Origin: a virus
Taxonomy: Duplodnaviria; Caudoviricetes
Length of the DNA: 61,521 nucleotides
Direction: 5' to 3' (one strand)
Virus record (IMG/VR): IMGVR_UViG_3300034096_000310
Location: 1 to 61,521 of that record
Shown here: positions 1 to 10,766 of the stretch, in pieces
Numbering within the stretch: the stretch's first letter is position 1
Layout of the letters: the number at the start of each line of letters is the position of its first letter
Made by a program: the position numbers and the translations under genes
Notes under the pieces: generated by a model
Told to the model about the DNA's origin: nothing
Databases searched by the model: none
The model's input: the letters and a program-made list of their open reading frames with translations, nothing else

Positions 1-376
1 AAACTACGAGGGGGATATCGGAATACTTCCGAATAAGCCCACCATGTTTAACAGCATGAAGAGCAACCTGAAGGTGTTGGAATACGCGGCTCTAAAGATC
101 CCAGTAGTGGTGTCTATGAACGACCCGTATATGGGACTTCCTGTTGATTACTTCAATGGCGAAAACGAGTTCGTGTTTCAGATCAACAGACTAGTTGCAA
201 GTAAGGAGCTTAGAAAAAGAAGAGGGCAGGAGTTGTATGACTTCTGCTTTGAGAATTACAACATGAATACTTGGGCAGATAAAAGGTTAAAGGTTTATGA
301 AGAAATCATTTAATGTGGTAATAGCCACAGCGGGTAGAACTACCCTGCAAAGAATGGTGGACTCTATTGCGCCTCA
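1..376. repeat. Terminal direct repeat, left copy (circular overlap)
   Basis: 1-376 matches 61146-61521 except at 323/61468 (A/C) and 340/61485 (C/A). Confidence 0.95.
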
Positions 377-971
377 ACTAGAGGAGCAGGACTATTTGAC
401 TATTATCTGGGACTGTCAACCTATAGCTTTACAAATCGATAGTAATTGTCAAGTTATAACCTTACACAACCCCGAGCCGCTCGGCTTTTGGGGCCATGGT
501 TCTAGGAACCGCTGGATACCAGAACTGCCCGGTGATTACTTTATGAATGGGGATGATGATGACATATACACCGAAGGGTGTATGGATAAGATCAGATCCG
601 TTGTAAAAGATCACAAGCTGTACATGTTTCAGCTTGAGCATTCTGGTTTTATTATCCCAAAAGAAAAGGTTGTCAAGGTAGGTAACTGCGGTACACCCTG
701 TGGGGTTTATCCAAAGGTTAATCCGATGCCTAAGTGGGAGCATGTGTATGGTGGGGATGGGATGTTTTATGAAAAGCTATCTACCATTCTTGACGTTGAG
801 TTTGTGGGTCACATTATCTACAAGGTCTTCCCAAGAGACAGGGCCGAGGTAATCCCTGATAAGCCCGGCGCCATTTACTGCGACTGCGGGTTTACTTGCT
901 CAATAACATTCAATCAGTTTCTTAAAACATGGGAGGGCTACTGTAATAGATGCAGCAAGGTAATAAGATAA
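297..971 (+). CDS. Glycosyltransferase, GT2/GT-A fold
   Basis: N-terminal VVIATAGR, GHGSRN, GDYFMNGDDDD (DxD) and YGGDGMF motifs. Confidence 0.8.
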   Translation: MKKSFNVVIATAGRTTLQRMVDSIAPQLEEQDYLTIIWDCQPIALQIDSNCQVITLHNPEPLGFWGHGSRNRWIPELPGDYFMNGDDDDIYTEGCMDKIRSVVKDHKLYMFQLEHSGFIIPKEKVVKVGNCGTPCGVYPKVNPMPKWEHVYGGDGMFYEKLSTILDVEFVGHIIYKVFPRDRAEVIPDKPGAIYCDCGFTCSITFNQFLKTWEGYCNRCSKVIR

Positions 972-1594
972 TACACTATTTCCTAGATGGTAAACTGGAC
1001 TTCGACTACCGTGACAGCTGGGCTAAGCATGCCCCTGACTGGGAGCTAAAACACTGGAGCTGTTCAAACATGCCTGTAGATATCTACCCAGAACTACAGG
1101 ATTTGATAAACAGCAAAAGGTATTCTAACCTTTCAGACTTCACTAGATGGTGGGCGGTTTACGAACACGGTGGTGTATACCTAGACTTTGACGTCGAGCT
1201 TATCGCGCCAATTGACAGTCTACTAGATCTTGAATCATTTGTTTCTATAGAAGGTCGTCCTGTACACCCTAATGGTGCTGTTTCCGGCGGTCACAAAGGG
1301 AACCCGTACCACCTTGAAATACTAGGTAAATATTGGGATGTTATTCTAGGAAGAAAGGTTTACCCAGCTGCTATTGAGGTTGCTTGTAGTCCTTGGATGC
1401 TTAAGGATTATGTTGAAAGCAAGAAGGGTTCTGCCCTTGATGACTCAGATCTATACGAAGTAAAAAAGTATGGCGGACTTACCACCTTACCAAAGGAGTA
1501 CTTCTACCCATACAATTGGAATGAACAATACAGCCCATCTGTTATCACAGATAAAACGATGGGTATTCACTGGTGGAAACATAGTTGGAAATGA
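950..1594 (+). CDS. Glycosyltransferase, GT32/OCH1-like DxD family
   Basis: KIIHY, SW...PDWELKHW, SDFTRWWAVYEHGGVYLDFDVE, YFYP, IHWWKHSW. Confidence 0.85.
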   Translation: MQQGNKIIHYFLDGKLDFDYRDSWAKHAPDWELKHWSCSNMPVDIYPELQDLINSKRYSNLSDFTRWWAVYEHGGVYLDFDVELIAPIDSLLDLESFVSIEGRPVHPNGAVSGGHKGNPYHLEILGKYWDVILGRKVYPAAIEVACSPWMLKDYVESKKGSALDDSDLYEVKKYGGLTTLPKEYFYPYNWNEQYSPSVITDKTMGIHWWKHSWK

Positions 1595-2193
1595 TATCAG
1601 AAAAAGACTTTAGTAGGATGGAGTTCAACCCCACGTCAAAGCGTGGTATGCTAACTGCCTATCCTAAACTAAAAACAATCACCGGAGATGCGGATGACAG
1701 AATGATCCGCTATGTTCTGTTAATGTATGACATGAACTCTCCGCTTCGCGAGTACTACCCAGAGTTAGAGAAAAGAAAGCAGTTCGCTGCGAGCACAGCT
1801 GGTTACGATCTAGACAAAGACGATGTGACTGGTCTATTTGATTTTAAGATCAAAGTAGAAGAAGAAGAGGTTGTATATGAGGAGCTGCTGAATCTAATTG
1901 TAAAATATTTGAAATACCAGAACAACTACGTCTGGTCTATGATAGTTGGTAACGAGCAAGCCTTCTATGAGTTTAACAAAAGAGTGATGATCCCTGTAGA
2001 TGGAACACGAGACAAAGATATTCTACAGGCGGTCGATATCAAGAACAAGCTCATGGATGCACAGGATAATATCGTGCAGCGTTTGCAGCGCTACCTGCGA
2101 GAGTTGACTGGCGAGGATGATAAACTAGAAGAATCAATAACAAAAAGAAAAAGGCTAAGACCTGAAAATATAAATGTACGCGCTAATATCTGA
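1585..2193 (+). CDS. Hypothetical protein, possible terminase small subunit
   Basis: Helical 202-aa ORF overlapping the large terminase start; positional inference only. Confidence 0.4.
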   Translation: MEMISEKDFSRMEFNPTSKRGMLTAYPKLKTITGDADDRMIRYVLLMYDMNSPLREYYPELEKRKQFAASTAGYDLDKDDVTGLFDFKIKVEEEEVVYEELLNLIVKYLKYQNNYVWSMIVGNEQAFYEFNKRVMIPVDGTRDKDILQAVDIKNKLMDAQDNIVQRLQRYLRELTGEDDKLEESITKRKRLRPENINVRANI

Positions 2194-4195
2194 CGGATCT
2201 GTTGAGGACATTCACGGACTCAAGTGTCACCTGCCTCCGGTCGGTTATGTATTAAACGTACAGACCGGGGAGCTGGAGAAGAGGGGCGTGTACGCTAATT
2301 CACCAAAGAAGTCTGATCAGTGTTGGGAATACGTAAAGCCACCTACAGACTACAACAAACTACGAGAGAAAGAGATTCAGCGACAGCTGGAAGATAAAGA
2401 GTTCTTTGATCCAAAGCTTGAGATGTTCAGGCAGCAGGAATGGGATAGGAGATTAAACGGATTCTGGTTTTATAACAATGGTGCACCCACTTATATAACC
2501 GGACTTCACTACTTCTATCTCAACTACTGGACGCTCGATACGGGACTACCTAAGTACAGGGACACAGACAGAAAGTACTTCTACTTTTTGCAGTACTGTA
2601 TAGAGGACCCGGAGTGTTTTGGGATGGTAGAGATTACCAAGCGCCGCCAAGGTAAGACATTCCGTGGTGGTGTGTTTTTGTACGAGTACACGTCTAGGAC
2701 TAGAAATACTAGATCTGGTATTCAATCGAAGACAGGTAATGACGCCAAGGAGGTATTCCGTAAGGCGGTGGTGCAGCCATTTAAAAAGCTGCCACACTTC
2801 TTCCAACCCGTCTACGACCAGAGTAAGGGTTTGACTCCAACATCGGAGTTGCGCTTTTACAATACGGTAGTAAAGGGGCGGAAGGCTAGCCAGATCCTCG
2901 ATGAGGAAGAGCTGGAAAGTATGATCGACTGGAAGCCATCAGAGGCCATCTCTTATGACGGACAGAAGATCCACCGGATGCTGCACGATGAGGTGGGAAA
3001 GACGATGGAAGTGAATGTCTGGAACCGTTTCCTAGTAACTAGGTACTGTAATCTGGACGACGAGGGGCGCATCATCGGTAAGCACCTGTTGACCACTACG
3101 GTGGAAGATATGGAGCAGGGAGGGGCTGAGTTTCAGATGATCTGGAAAAGCTCTGACCACAACAACAAACAAGGGAAGAGAACCGCCTCTGGACTGTATA
3201 GATACTTCTGTCCTGCTGACGAGACGAGGTATTACGACAGGTACGGATACGCTGATAAGGATAAGGCTTTGAATGAGATCCTCGAAGAGAGGAGGCTCCT
3301 TGCAGGTGACGCCCGGGCTCTGAGTTCGGTCATCCGCAAAGAACCTTTAAGCTGGGAGGAGGCGTTCAGAATAGACGGAAGCAAGTGCTTGTACAACCCT
3401 GAGAAGTTAAACGAAAGGTTGGATAGGTTGAGCTGGAAGGAGAACCTGACTACGCGAGGAAACTTTGTATGGCAGGGAGGTGTGCAGGATTCGAGGGTAG
3501 AGTTTGAGCCGGCCAGTAATGGCAGGTGGCAGGTAGTGAAGCTCTTTGATAAAGATGAGGATAGTAACAAGGTCGCCAAGAGAGGTGACTCGTACTATCC
3601 AAACAACACGCTGCAGTTCGTGATGGGTGTCGACCCAGTGGACCACTCCGCCACAGAAGATGGTAGGAGGTCTAATGGTGCCGGCATCGTTCTTCAGAAG
3701 TATAACGCAGCTCGGGGGGATGATATGTACAACTACTCATTTGTAGCTAGGTACCTCTACAGACCAGAGAGCGTGCAGATCTTCTACGAAGACATGATCA
3801 AGATGGCGGTGTACTACGGATGTAGTGTGCTGTTCGAGAACAACAAAATCGGACTGATGCACTACTTCAACGACAGGGGTTACGGTAGCTTCCTAATGTG
3901 GCTTCCTGAAAGGAACCAGCCCGGGATAGCGGCCAGCCCTAAGACACACCAGCAGATCGCCGAGCTGACAGAGGACTATATCAACAATCATATTGAGCGA
4001 GTTTATTTCAAAGATCTCGTCCAAGACTGGTTGGAGTTTGATATGTCCAAGACAACAAGATTTGACATTGCCATGGCAGCTGGTTATGCGCTGATTGCTG
4101 ATCAGGCCAAGGTATTAAAAAAAGATACAAGTCAGGTGCGAGATGTATCTGATTACTTTAAACCCAATAAAATATGGACAAACTGGACGCGGTAG
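2174..4195 (+). CDS. terL: Terminase large subunit (crAss-related type)
   Basis: Walker A-like KRRQGKT, Walker B LHDE, nuclease motifs MGVDPVD and LFENNK, C-terminal FDIAMA. Confidence 0.92.
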   Translation: MYALISDGSVEDIHGLKCHLPPVGYVLNVQTGELEKRGVYANSPKKSDQCWEYVKPPTDYNKLREKEIQRQLEDKEFFDPKLEMFRQQEWDRRLNGFWFYNNGAPTYITGLHYFYLNYWTLDTGLPKYRDTDRKYFYFLQYCIEDPECFGMVEITKRRQGKTFRGGVFLYEYTSRTRNTRSGIQSKTGNDAKEVFRKAVVQPFKKLPHFFQPVYDQSKGLTPTSELRFYNTVVKGRKASQILDEEELESMIDWKPSEAISYDGQKIHRMLHDEVGKTMEVNVWNRFLVTRYCNLDDEGRIIGKHLLTTTVEDMEQGGAEFQMIWKSSDHNNKQGKRTASGLYRYFCPADETRYYDRYGYADKDKALNEILEERRLLAGDARALSSVIRKEPLSWEEAFRIDGSKCLYNPEKLNERLDRLSWKENLTTRGNFVWQGGVQDSRVEFEPASNGRWQVVKLFDKDEDSNKVAKRGDSYYPNNTLQFVMGVDPVDHSATEDGRRSNGAGIVLQKYNAARGDDMYNYSFVARYLYRPESVQIFYEDMIKMAVYYGCSVLFENNKIGLMHYFNDRGYGSFLMWLPERNQPGIAASPKTHQQIAELTEDYINNHIERVYFKDLVQDWLEFDMSKTTRFDIAMAAGYALIADQAKVLKKDTSQVRDVSDYFKPNKIWTNWTR

Positions 4196-6642
4196 ACTTT
4201 CCAAGTCACCTTATCGATCCGAGGGAGAAAAACAGAGACTGGATTCTCCAATATTGTAAAGCGGCATGGAGTTCTTTCGAGAACGACAACCCCCGTGAAA
4301 TCTTCTATCATGCCAGATACAGGTATGAGGTTATCAAAGCTTACGCTATGGGTAACCAAAGCATCAACAAGTATAGACCACTGATGCAGGTCGATGAAGC
4401 CGCCAACGAGGACTGGCTGAATATCGACTGGTCTGTAATCCCTATTGTTCCGAAGTTTAGGCGCGTAGCCCTCGGTAAGTTAAACAAGGTGGACTATAAT
4501 ATTGTAGCCACACCTATTGACTCACTGGCGGCAGAGGAGACTATGGAGTACTTCTCTGATTTGCGTTCTAAGATTATGCTTCGTGAGGCGGCGGCTATGG
4601 TAGACCCCGAGCTGCTCAACTCTCCAGAGCTGCAGATCCAACCCGGTGAGGCAGCTGATATGGATGAGCTGGAGATGCAGATGAACTACACGTTCAAGCA
4701 CCAGATGGCTATCGAGGCTGAGCAAGGTATCAAGCTGGTCCTTGAGCAGAACAAGATCGAGCAGATGCGTGAGAAGATCAAGGAGGACCTGTTCGACTAC
4801 GGCGTTGCTGGTTATAAAGAATATATCGACAGTAACGGTGCCGTAAAGGTTCGTACTGTAAATCCAAGAAACATCCTGATCAATCAATGTAAGAAGAAAG
4901 ACTTCTCTGATGCAGCCTATATCGGCGAGATCATCGAGATGACTATTTCTGATTTGAAGCAGGCAGCCGGTAATCAGTTTAGTGAGGCCGAGTATGAGTC
5001 AATTGCTAAACAATATATTGGCTGGTTAGGTAATCCCAAGGAGTGGCCATCGTCTCTGTCTGTTTATAATAAGGGTTACGATAAGTTTAGAATCCGCCTG
5101 TTGGATCTAGAGTTCTTCTCCGTCAATGAGATGGTGTATGAGCAGCGGGTCGACAGACGTGGTAATAAAGTATTTGCCCGTGCAAAGTACGAAGACAAGA
5201 ATAAGAGAAAAGACAAATACGACCGCGTTGCATTTAAGGTAGTATATAAGGGCAAGTGGATTATCGGTACCAACTACATCTTTGACTATGGCTTGTGCAC
5301 AGACATGAAGCGTGCTAAGTCATCTCTCATGGACACTGAGCTGAGCTATCACTTGATCGCTCCTGAGTTCTATGATATGAAGGCTTATGGTATGATGGAG
5401 CAAATTATCCCCATCGCCGATGCTATCCAGATTGCATGGTATCGTTTACAGAACGCCATCAACCAGTCTAAGCCTAAGGGTATTATGATTGAGATGGGTG
5501 CTCTCGAAGATATCCCACTTGGTAAGGGCGGTAAGATGCTAAGCCCAATGAAGGTTATCGACCTGTTTAATAAGACCGGTACGCTGGTGTATCGTAAAAG
5601 CGATGCGCAGGGTAGGATGACCAATTACAAACCTATCGAAGAGTTAGAGAACGGATTAGGAAGAGACGTGATGAGCTACTGGCAGTTGATCCAAAATCAT
5701 ATCCAGACCATCCGTGATATCACCGGTATGAACGAGTTTACCGATGGTTCTACACCAGATCCACGCGCTCTTACTACGGTGGCTAAGTTGGCCTACGAGG
5801 GCACCAATAACGCACTTACACATATTGTGCATGGCGATAAGTTCTTGTTGGAGTCTTTGTCTAACGCTGTCATCTTGAGACTTCAAGACGTAGCTAAGTC
5901 AGGGAACGTGCAAGGATATGTCCGCGCCTTGGGATCTAACACCATGAAGTTTATTAAGGTGTCACCACATCTTGGGCTTTATGAGTTTGGAATCTTCTTG
6001 GAAGATAAGCCAACTGACGACCAAAGAGCTATGCTACAACAGCAAGTGATGGCTGGTCAGGCAAATGGTTTATTGGATATCGAGGATGCTATCATCATTC
6101 AGAATACAGACAATTTAAAAGTAGCCCAGCAGCTTCTTGCCTTTAAGATCAAGAGACGTAAGCAAGAGGAAGAGGACAAGGCTATGCGTGCACAGCAGAT
6201 GAACGCTCAGGTACAGCAGCAGTCGGCCATCGTATCAGAACAGGCCAAGCAGCAGACTATTCAAGTTGAGGGGCAGGTTAAGTCACAGCTCATTCAGGTT
6301 GAAAAAGAGTTCGATGCCAAGTTGCTGGAGATTAAATACCAGTATGAATTGCAACTCGAGCAGCTTCGTCAGGGCGGTAAGATCGAAACCAAGAAAGAGG
6401 AGAACAAGGGTAAGAAGAGTGTTACCAAGATCAGAATGGGTCAACCTGATGATACTGTTGAGGAGGTCCCAATGATCCCCATCGAAGCTATACGTGAAGA
6501 GCCGCCTGTAGAAAACGAGGAGATGGTAGAGCAAGAGGAGAATGAAGTAGAGGAGCAAGAGCAGGAGAATGAAATGGAAGAAGTAGAAATGGAGGAAGGC
6601 GAGGAGATGGAGCAAGAGAATGAGGAGAACGCTGGAATGTAA
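4174..6642 (+). CDS. Portal protein with acidic C-terminal tail
   Basis: 822 aa directly after terL; IDWSVIPIVPKF motif typical of crAss-related portals; C-terminal coiled coil. Confidence 0.85.
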   Translation: MDKLDAVDFPSHLIDPREKNRDWILQYCKAAWSSFENDNPREIFYHARYRYEVIKAYAMGNQSINKYRPLMQVDEAANEDWLNIDWSVIPIVPKFRRVALGKLNKVDYNIVATPIDSLAAEETMEYFSDLRSKIMLREAAAMVDPELLNSPELQIQPGEAADMDELEMQMNYTFKHQMAIEAEQGIKLVLEQNKIEQMREKIKEDLFDYGVAGYKEYIDSNGAVKVRTVNPRNILINQCKKKDFSDAAYIGEIIEMTISDLKQAAGNQFSEAEYESIAKQYIGWLGNPKEWPSSLSVYNKGYDKFRIRLLDLEFFSVNEMVYEQRVDRRGNKVFARAKYEDKNKRKDKYDRVAFKVVYKGKWIIGTNYIFDYGLCTDMKRAKSSLMDTELSYHLIAPEFYDMKAYGMMEQIIPIADAIQIAWYRLQNAINQSKPKGIMIEMGALEDIPLGKGGKMLSPMKVIDLFNKTGTLVYRKSDAQGRMTNYKPIEELENGLGRDVMSYWQLIQNHIQTIRDITGMNEFTDGSTPDPRALTTVAKLAYEGTNNALTHIVHGDKFLLESLSNAVILRLQDVAKSGNVQGYVRALGSNTMKFIKVSPHLGLYEFGIFLEDKPTDDQRAMLQQQVMAGQANGLLDIEDAIIIQNTDNLKVAQQLLAFKIKRRKQEEEDKAMRAQQMNAQVQQQSAIVSEQAKQQTIQVEGQVKSQLIQVEKEFDAKLLEIKYQYELQLEQLRQGGKIETKKEENKGKKSVTKIRMGQPDDTVEEVPMIPIEAIREEPPVENEEMVEQEENEVEEQEQENEMEEVEMEEGEEMEQENEENAGM

Positions 6643-6646
6643 TATT

Positions 6647-6693
6647 TCACCCCCTGATTTCTATTGCCATATCAACATATGTTAAAAACTTTG
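6647..6693 (+). promoter_or_regulatory. Putative promoter: TCACCCCCT box plus -7-like AAACTTTG
   Basis: Same box-to-TTTG spacing (46 nt) as at three other loci; intergenic. Confidence 0.6.
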
Positions 6694-6712
6694 CAAACCC
6701 AAAAAACCAAAT

Positions 6713-7732
6713 ATGAGTGAAGACTTAAACTTCAGTAACATTAAAATGAGTGATGTTACTGTTGGCGGTAAACCTCTAGTAGAGGAAACGCCAGCGGCCG
6801 AATCAGGTACTGAAACTCCGACAAATGCGGAACCAGCGCCAGAGGTAGCCAAACAAGAGCCAGCTGTAGAGAACGCTCCAGAGCCAGTATCTGAGCCAGC
6901 TCAAACCCCAGAACCTGTTTCCCAAGAGGAGCCAGCTCGGGGGTATGAATGGAAAGACGACTTTATAAAAGGAGTTGTCGAGTTCTATGAAAAGACAGGT
7001 GACATTACACCATACCTGCAAGCCAAGCTTGTAGACTTCAACGGAATGAGCGACACGGAGGTTATGAGACGTAGTCTTCGTGAGCAGTATCCGGACGTTT
7101 CTGATAAAGCCTTTGATAGGTTATATCAGCAACAAGTAGTCGAAAAGTACAAACTGGATGCGGATCAGTGGGGCGAAGATGATGCAGAGTTGGGCAAAGA
7201 GTTGCTCAAGTCTGAAGCTACCAAGCTCCGCCAGAAGTATCTAGACTGGCAAAAAGGTTTCATGGCTCCCGAACCGGTCGTGAGTCAAGAGGCCGCACAG
7301 GAAGAGGCGCAACTACAAGAAACGCTTCGACAGTTTGAAAGTGATGTGAAGAGTAACAAACTCACAAACCAGATCTTAGGTGACAAGAGAATTGCCATCA
7401 AGATTGGAGATAGTGAGTTTAACTACGAGCTTCCCGATCCAAACTCTATGGTGGACATGACGCTTGACAATAACAAGTTCTTTCAACAATTCGGGTCCGG
7501 TGACGGCCAGTTGGACTATAGTAAATGGTATAAGACCGTTGCCTATAGTCAAAACCCAGAGCAATTTGAAAAGGCTCTGATTAACTACGGCAAGACACTC
7601 GGGCGCGAAGAAGTAACGAAGGAGATCAAAAACCCTTCTAGCAATGCAGTTGGAGATGTTCCAACAGAGGACAGCGGTGACTTTGTTACCGGGCTTTTGA
7701 ATGCGTTTGCTAACAGAGGGGTAAACAAATAA
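6713..7732 (+). CDS. Putative scaffold/head assembly protein
   Basis: Acidic, Pro/Glu-rich N-terminus; lies between portal and capsid genes. Confidence 0.6.
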   Translation: MSEDLNFSNIKMSDVTVGGKPLVEETPAAESGTETPTNAEPAPEVAKQEPAVENAPEPVSEPAQTPEPVSQEEPARGYEWKDDFIKGVVEFYEKTGDITPYLQAKLVDFNGMSDTEVMRRSLREQYPDVSDKAFDRLYQQQVVEKYKLDADQWGEDDAELGKELLKSEATKLRQKYLDWQKGFMAPEPVVSQEAAQEEAQLQETLRQFESDVKSNKLTNQILGDKRIAIKIGDSEFNYELPDPNSMVDMTLDNNKFFQQFGSGDGQLDYSKWYKTVAYSQNPEQFEKALINYGKTLGREEVTKEIKNPSSNAVGDVPTEDSGDFVTGLLNAFANRGVNK

Positions 7733-7760
7733 ATTTTAAACCCACTAAATTAATCCGACT

Positions 7761-9077
7761 ATGCCCGGAGCTATTGGAAACATAACTAAAAGTTACGTTT
7801 CGTCTATCAACTTTATGGATCAGAGGGAAATCCTCAACAAGATCCTCGACATCACAAACGAAGAGTCTTCTTTCTTGGATGTCATGGAACTCACTGGCCG
7901 TTCTAACCCCACTGCAGTTCCCCAGTACCATCACTTTGTAAACGAAGAGCTGTATGTTCTCGCTACTGTTAGCGCTGTAACTGGTTCTGGCGTTTCTGCT
8001 ACAACTGGTACTACTTTGACCGCCACCATCGATGCAGCTGCTGCTGCCTATGTAAACGTAGGTGAGTTGGTTCTTTTCCCTAACGGACGCGTAGGTTACG
8101 TGTCTTCTAAGAACAGTACTAACATTGTTATCAAGTCTGTAGATGCTACAACCTTGACGCTTGTTGCTACTGACAAGATCAGCTTCTTCTCTAACGCCGC
8201 TGGTGAAGGTTCACTTTCTCCTGATGCTAAGCGTTGGGGTGCTGAGAAGTACTACAACCAAGTGCAGATCTTCAAGGGTCAGTTCAAAATCACTGACATC
8301 CAGAAGGCTTCAAAGGTTGAAGTTGACTTCCAAGGTAAGCCCTTCTTCATGTACAAAGGTCAGCACGAGAGCTTGATGAAGTTCCGTGGTGATATCAGCG
8401 CCGCCCTGATGTTCGGTCGTATGAGCAGCACTCAGTTCTCTGATGCTTCTCCTGTTCTGACTGATGCTGAAGGTAAGCCTGTTCAAACTACTGCTGGTCT
8501 TGATCAGTATGTTACCACTTACGGTATCGATCAGTCTTTGTTGACTGCTGGTACTGTAACTCTGGCTGACATTCAGACTCTGACTCAGACTTTGAACAAA
8601 GCTCGTGCCGCTTCTGAGTACTTCCTGTTCGTTGGTACAACCATGAACATCGCGTTGGACAACTTGTTCAACAACTTGGGTAACAGCGCCCTGCTGTCTC
8701 AAGGTGCTCGCTTCCAGATCACCAGCAAGCTGGATCTCGGAATCGACAGCGTGAAGATCTACGGTCGTACTTTCCATAAGAAGTATCTGCCTTTGCTCGA
8801 TCACAAGAACATCGTGAACTTCACCGGTGGTCCAAACTTCAAGGACAGCGCCTATGGTGCTCCTGCCACGAAGATCAAGACCAACGACGGTCAGATGCTC
8901 GATCGTATCGGAGTACGCTACATGGCTGGCGACGGAACCGACCTGAAGTATCGTGAGATCCTTCTCGGTGGTCTGGCTCCTGTTCCAACCAACGAGCGTT
9001 CTGAACTCGCTATTCACTACGAAAGCGTTCAGGGCCTCGAGGTACTCGGTGCCAACACGTTTTTTAAACTCAAATAA
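7761..9077 (+). CDS. Major capsid protein
   Basis: 438 aa, strong codon bias, gene order terL-portal-scaffold-MCP, crAss-like YYNQVQIFK and C-terminal ESVQGLEVLGAN. Confidence 0.85.
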   Translation: MPGAIGNITKSYVSSINFMDQREILNKILDITNEESSFLDVMELTGRSNPTAVPQYHHFVNEELYVLATVSAVTGSGVSATTGTTLTATIDAAAAAYVNVGELVLFPNGRVGYVSSKNSTNIVIKSVDATTLTLVATDKISFFSNAAGEGSLSPDAKRWGAEKYYNQVQIFKGQFKITDIQKASKVEVDFQGKPFFMYKGQHESLMKFRGDISAALMFGRMSSTQFSDASPVLTDAEGKPVQTTAGLDQYVTTYGIDQSLLTAGTVTLADIQTLTQTLNKARAASEYFLFVGTTMNIALDNLFNNLGNSALLSQGARFQITSKLDLGIDSVKIYGRTFHKKYLPLLDHKNIVNFTGGPNFKDSAYGAPATKIKTNDGQMLDRIGVRYMAGDGTDLKYREILLGGLAPVPTNERSELAIHYESVQGLEVLGANTFFKLK

Positions 9078-9092
9078 TTGAGTATCAACAAG

Positions 9093-9120
9093 ATAGTGGG
9101 GATGAAATACTCCCCACTAT
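9093..9120 (+). terminator. Stem-loop after the capsid gene
   Basis: ATAGTGGGGA-N8-TCCCCACTAT, perfect 10-bp stem, weak U tail. Confidence 0.5.
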
Positions 9121-9142
9121 TCTTACAACCAAACAGAGTCAG

Positions 9143-9841
9143 ATGTATTGCGTATACACGCACACGAGGAAAGACACCAACAAGATCTTTTACATAGGGG
9201 TAGGGAATATTAGAAGACCTTATTCTAAAGTTAATAGAAACAAGCACTGGTACCATATTGCTAATAAGCATGAGTATACTGTGAATATAACACACAGGGA
9301 TCTAATATGGGAAGAGGCTTGTGCTATTGAGAGATATCTAATAGCTTTTTATGGCCGACTAGATTTGAAGCAAGGGAATCTTGTTAATATGACGGATGGT
9401 GGAGATGGTGCTGTTGGATTGAAGCATAGTGATGATACAAAAAGGAGTTTTAGCGAAATTAAGAGAAAGCTATACTCCGATAAGACTAAACATCCTTTAT
9501 ATGGAAGGCGTGGGGAAAACAGTCCAAACTATGGAAAGAAGAAGAGTAAGGAAACTATTGAAAAGATTAGATCAAAACAGTCTGGGGTAAATTGTAGGCT
9601 ATTTGGTAAAACAGGAGCTGAATGTATTAACTCTAAGCCAGTTATTGATAATTTCACTGGGGTTGTTTATCCTTCAATAAAAGAAGCTGCTAATTCGATT
9701 GGGATTTGCTATTCTAATTTAAGGAAGATGCTTTGTGGCACTAAGATAAATAGCTCAGGAATCACATATTTGAATAACCAAAAACAAACATCAAATGCGC
9801 AAGACGAACCTTTACAACGGGGTATCAGAATCCCTCGTTAA
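9143..9841 (+). CDS. Free-standing GIY-YIG homing endonuclease with NUMOD3/NUMOD1-like DNA-binding repeats
   Basis: CVY...FYIG, E..LI, N.TDGGDG, HSDDTK and YGKKKSKETIEKI motifs; AT-rich relative to flanks. Confidence 0.8.
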   Translation: MYCVYTHTRKDTNKIFYIGVGNIRRPYSKVNRNKHWYHIANKHEYTVNITHRDLIWEEACAIERYLIAFYGRLDLKQGNLVNMTDGGDGAVGLKHSDDTKRSFSEIKRKLYSDKTKHPLYGRRGENSPNYGKKKSKETIEKIRSKQSGVNCRLFGKTGAECINSKPVIDNFTGVVYPSIKEAANSIGICYSNLRKMLCGTKINSSGITYLNNQKQTSNAQDEPLQRGIRIPR

Positions 9842-10628
9842 AAAAACAATGTTGAAGCCCGGAGAGCAAGTAGTTTACCGGCTTTACAACATGCAGAAGA
9901 ATCCGATGAACCCAGAGAAAATCGCGATCCCTTCGGCAAAGAATGTACCACCGGTTGACACAATCTGGGATGAAGAGAAGAGTGAGTACGTTGACATCGC
10001 CTGTATCAAATCAGTAGATGCTCAAGGTAACCACAATTTCCAAGAGATCTTTTTCTACGGCAACATGGCCGGCCATTTAATCCTGCAAGGCGGTAGAGCC
10101 TTTGATCAGGAGATCCACACCTATCTGACTCTTTGTGACTACAACGCGTCCAAGCCAAACAGGGACACGACGAAGGAAATCATATTCGAGCGTGTAGACG
10201 AAGAGGTTAAGGCAGAGAAGGAAAGCCGCACCCGCAACATCCGCAGGGAGGCGTTAAATGCCGCAGCTGATCTGACGCCAGAAGAGGTGAAGGACTACGC
10301 CGCTGCCTTGGGTAAAGACGATAGCAAGCCTGTGAAGGTTCTTCGTAACGAGCTCGAGGAAATGGCTGATAGTCAACCAGAAGACTTTATGAGCCTGATT
10401 AATAACAAGCAGGCGGTAATGAAGGCTACTATCAACAGGGCGCTTAAGAAGAATGCCCTCGTTTTCAATGAGGAGCAGTCACGGTTCGAATGGCCCAATA
10501 AGGAGGCGATCCTTACTGTTGCCAGAACCACTGGAAGCGACGCTATTGAGGAGCTGATCAGTTTCTGTATCAGTTCTGCCAAGGGCGAGAAGGTCTTCCA
10601 AACTATTCAGAGTAAGGCCAAAAAGTGA
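9795..10628 (+). CDS. Conserved protein downstream of MCP (probable structural/assembly protein)
   Basis: Position matches the conserved post-MCP gene of crAss-related phages. Confidence 0.5.
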   Translation: MRKTNLYNGVSESLVKKTMLKPGEQVVYRLYNMQKNPMNPEKIAIPSAKNVPPVDTIWDEEKSEYVDIACIKSVDAQGNHNFQEIFFYGNMAGHLILQGGRAFDQEIHTYLTLCDYNASKPNRDTTKEIIFERVDEEVKAEKESRTRNIRREALNAAADLTPEEVKDYAAALGKDDSKPVKVLRNELEEMADSQPEDFMSLINNKQAVMKATINRALKKNALVFNEEQSRFEWPNKEAILTVARTTGSDAIEELISFCISSAKGEKVFQTIQSKAKK

Positions 10629-10682
10629 TAGCCTTAGTTCACAACTGAACTGAGGTTCATCTCGTGTTTGGTTGTTTGGTAA

Positions 10683-10714
10683 GTCCCGGGGGTTTCTACC
10701 TTCGGGATTTTTTT
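10683..10714 (+). terminator. Rho-independent terminator
   Basis: GTCCCGGGGGT-TTCT-ACCTTCGGGAT followed by a T run. Confidence 0.75.
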
Positions 10715-10766
10715 ATGGGGTGTTTTTCAGGGTATTGACCTATGAGTATTGGAAATTTGCATCCAA

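Noticed and set aside
1-376. 376-bp repeat as a biological terminal repeat
   Set aside because: It begins mid-gene and the mismatches lie near the contig end; most likely an assembly overlap of a circular or permuted genome.
8310-9017. Long antisense ORFs (e.g. 8310-9017, 34311-35186)
   Set aside because: Shadows of codon-biased genes on the opposite strand.
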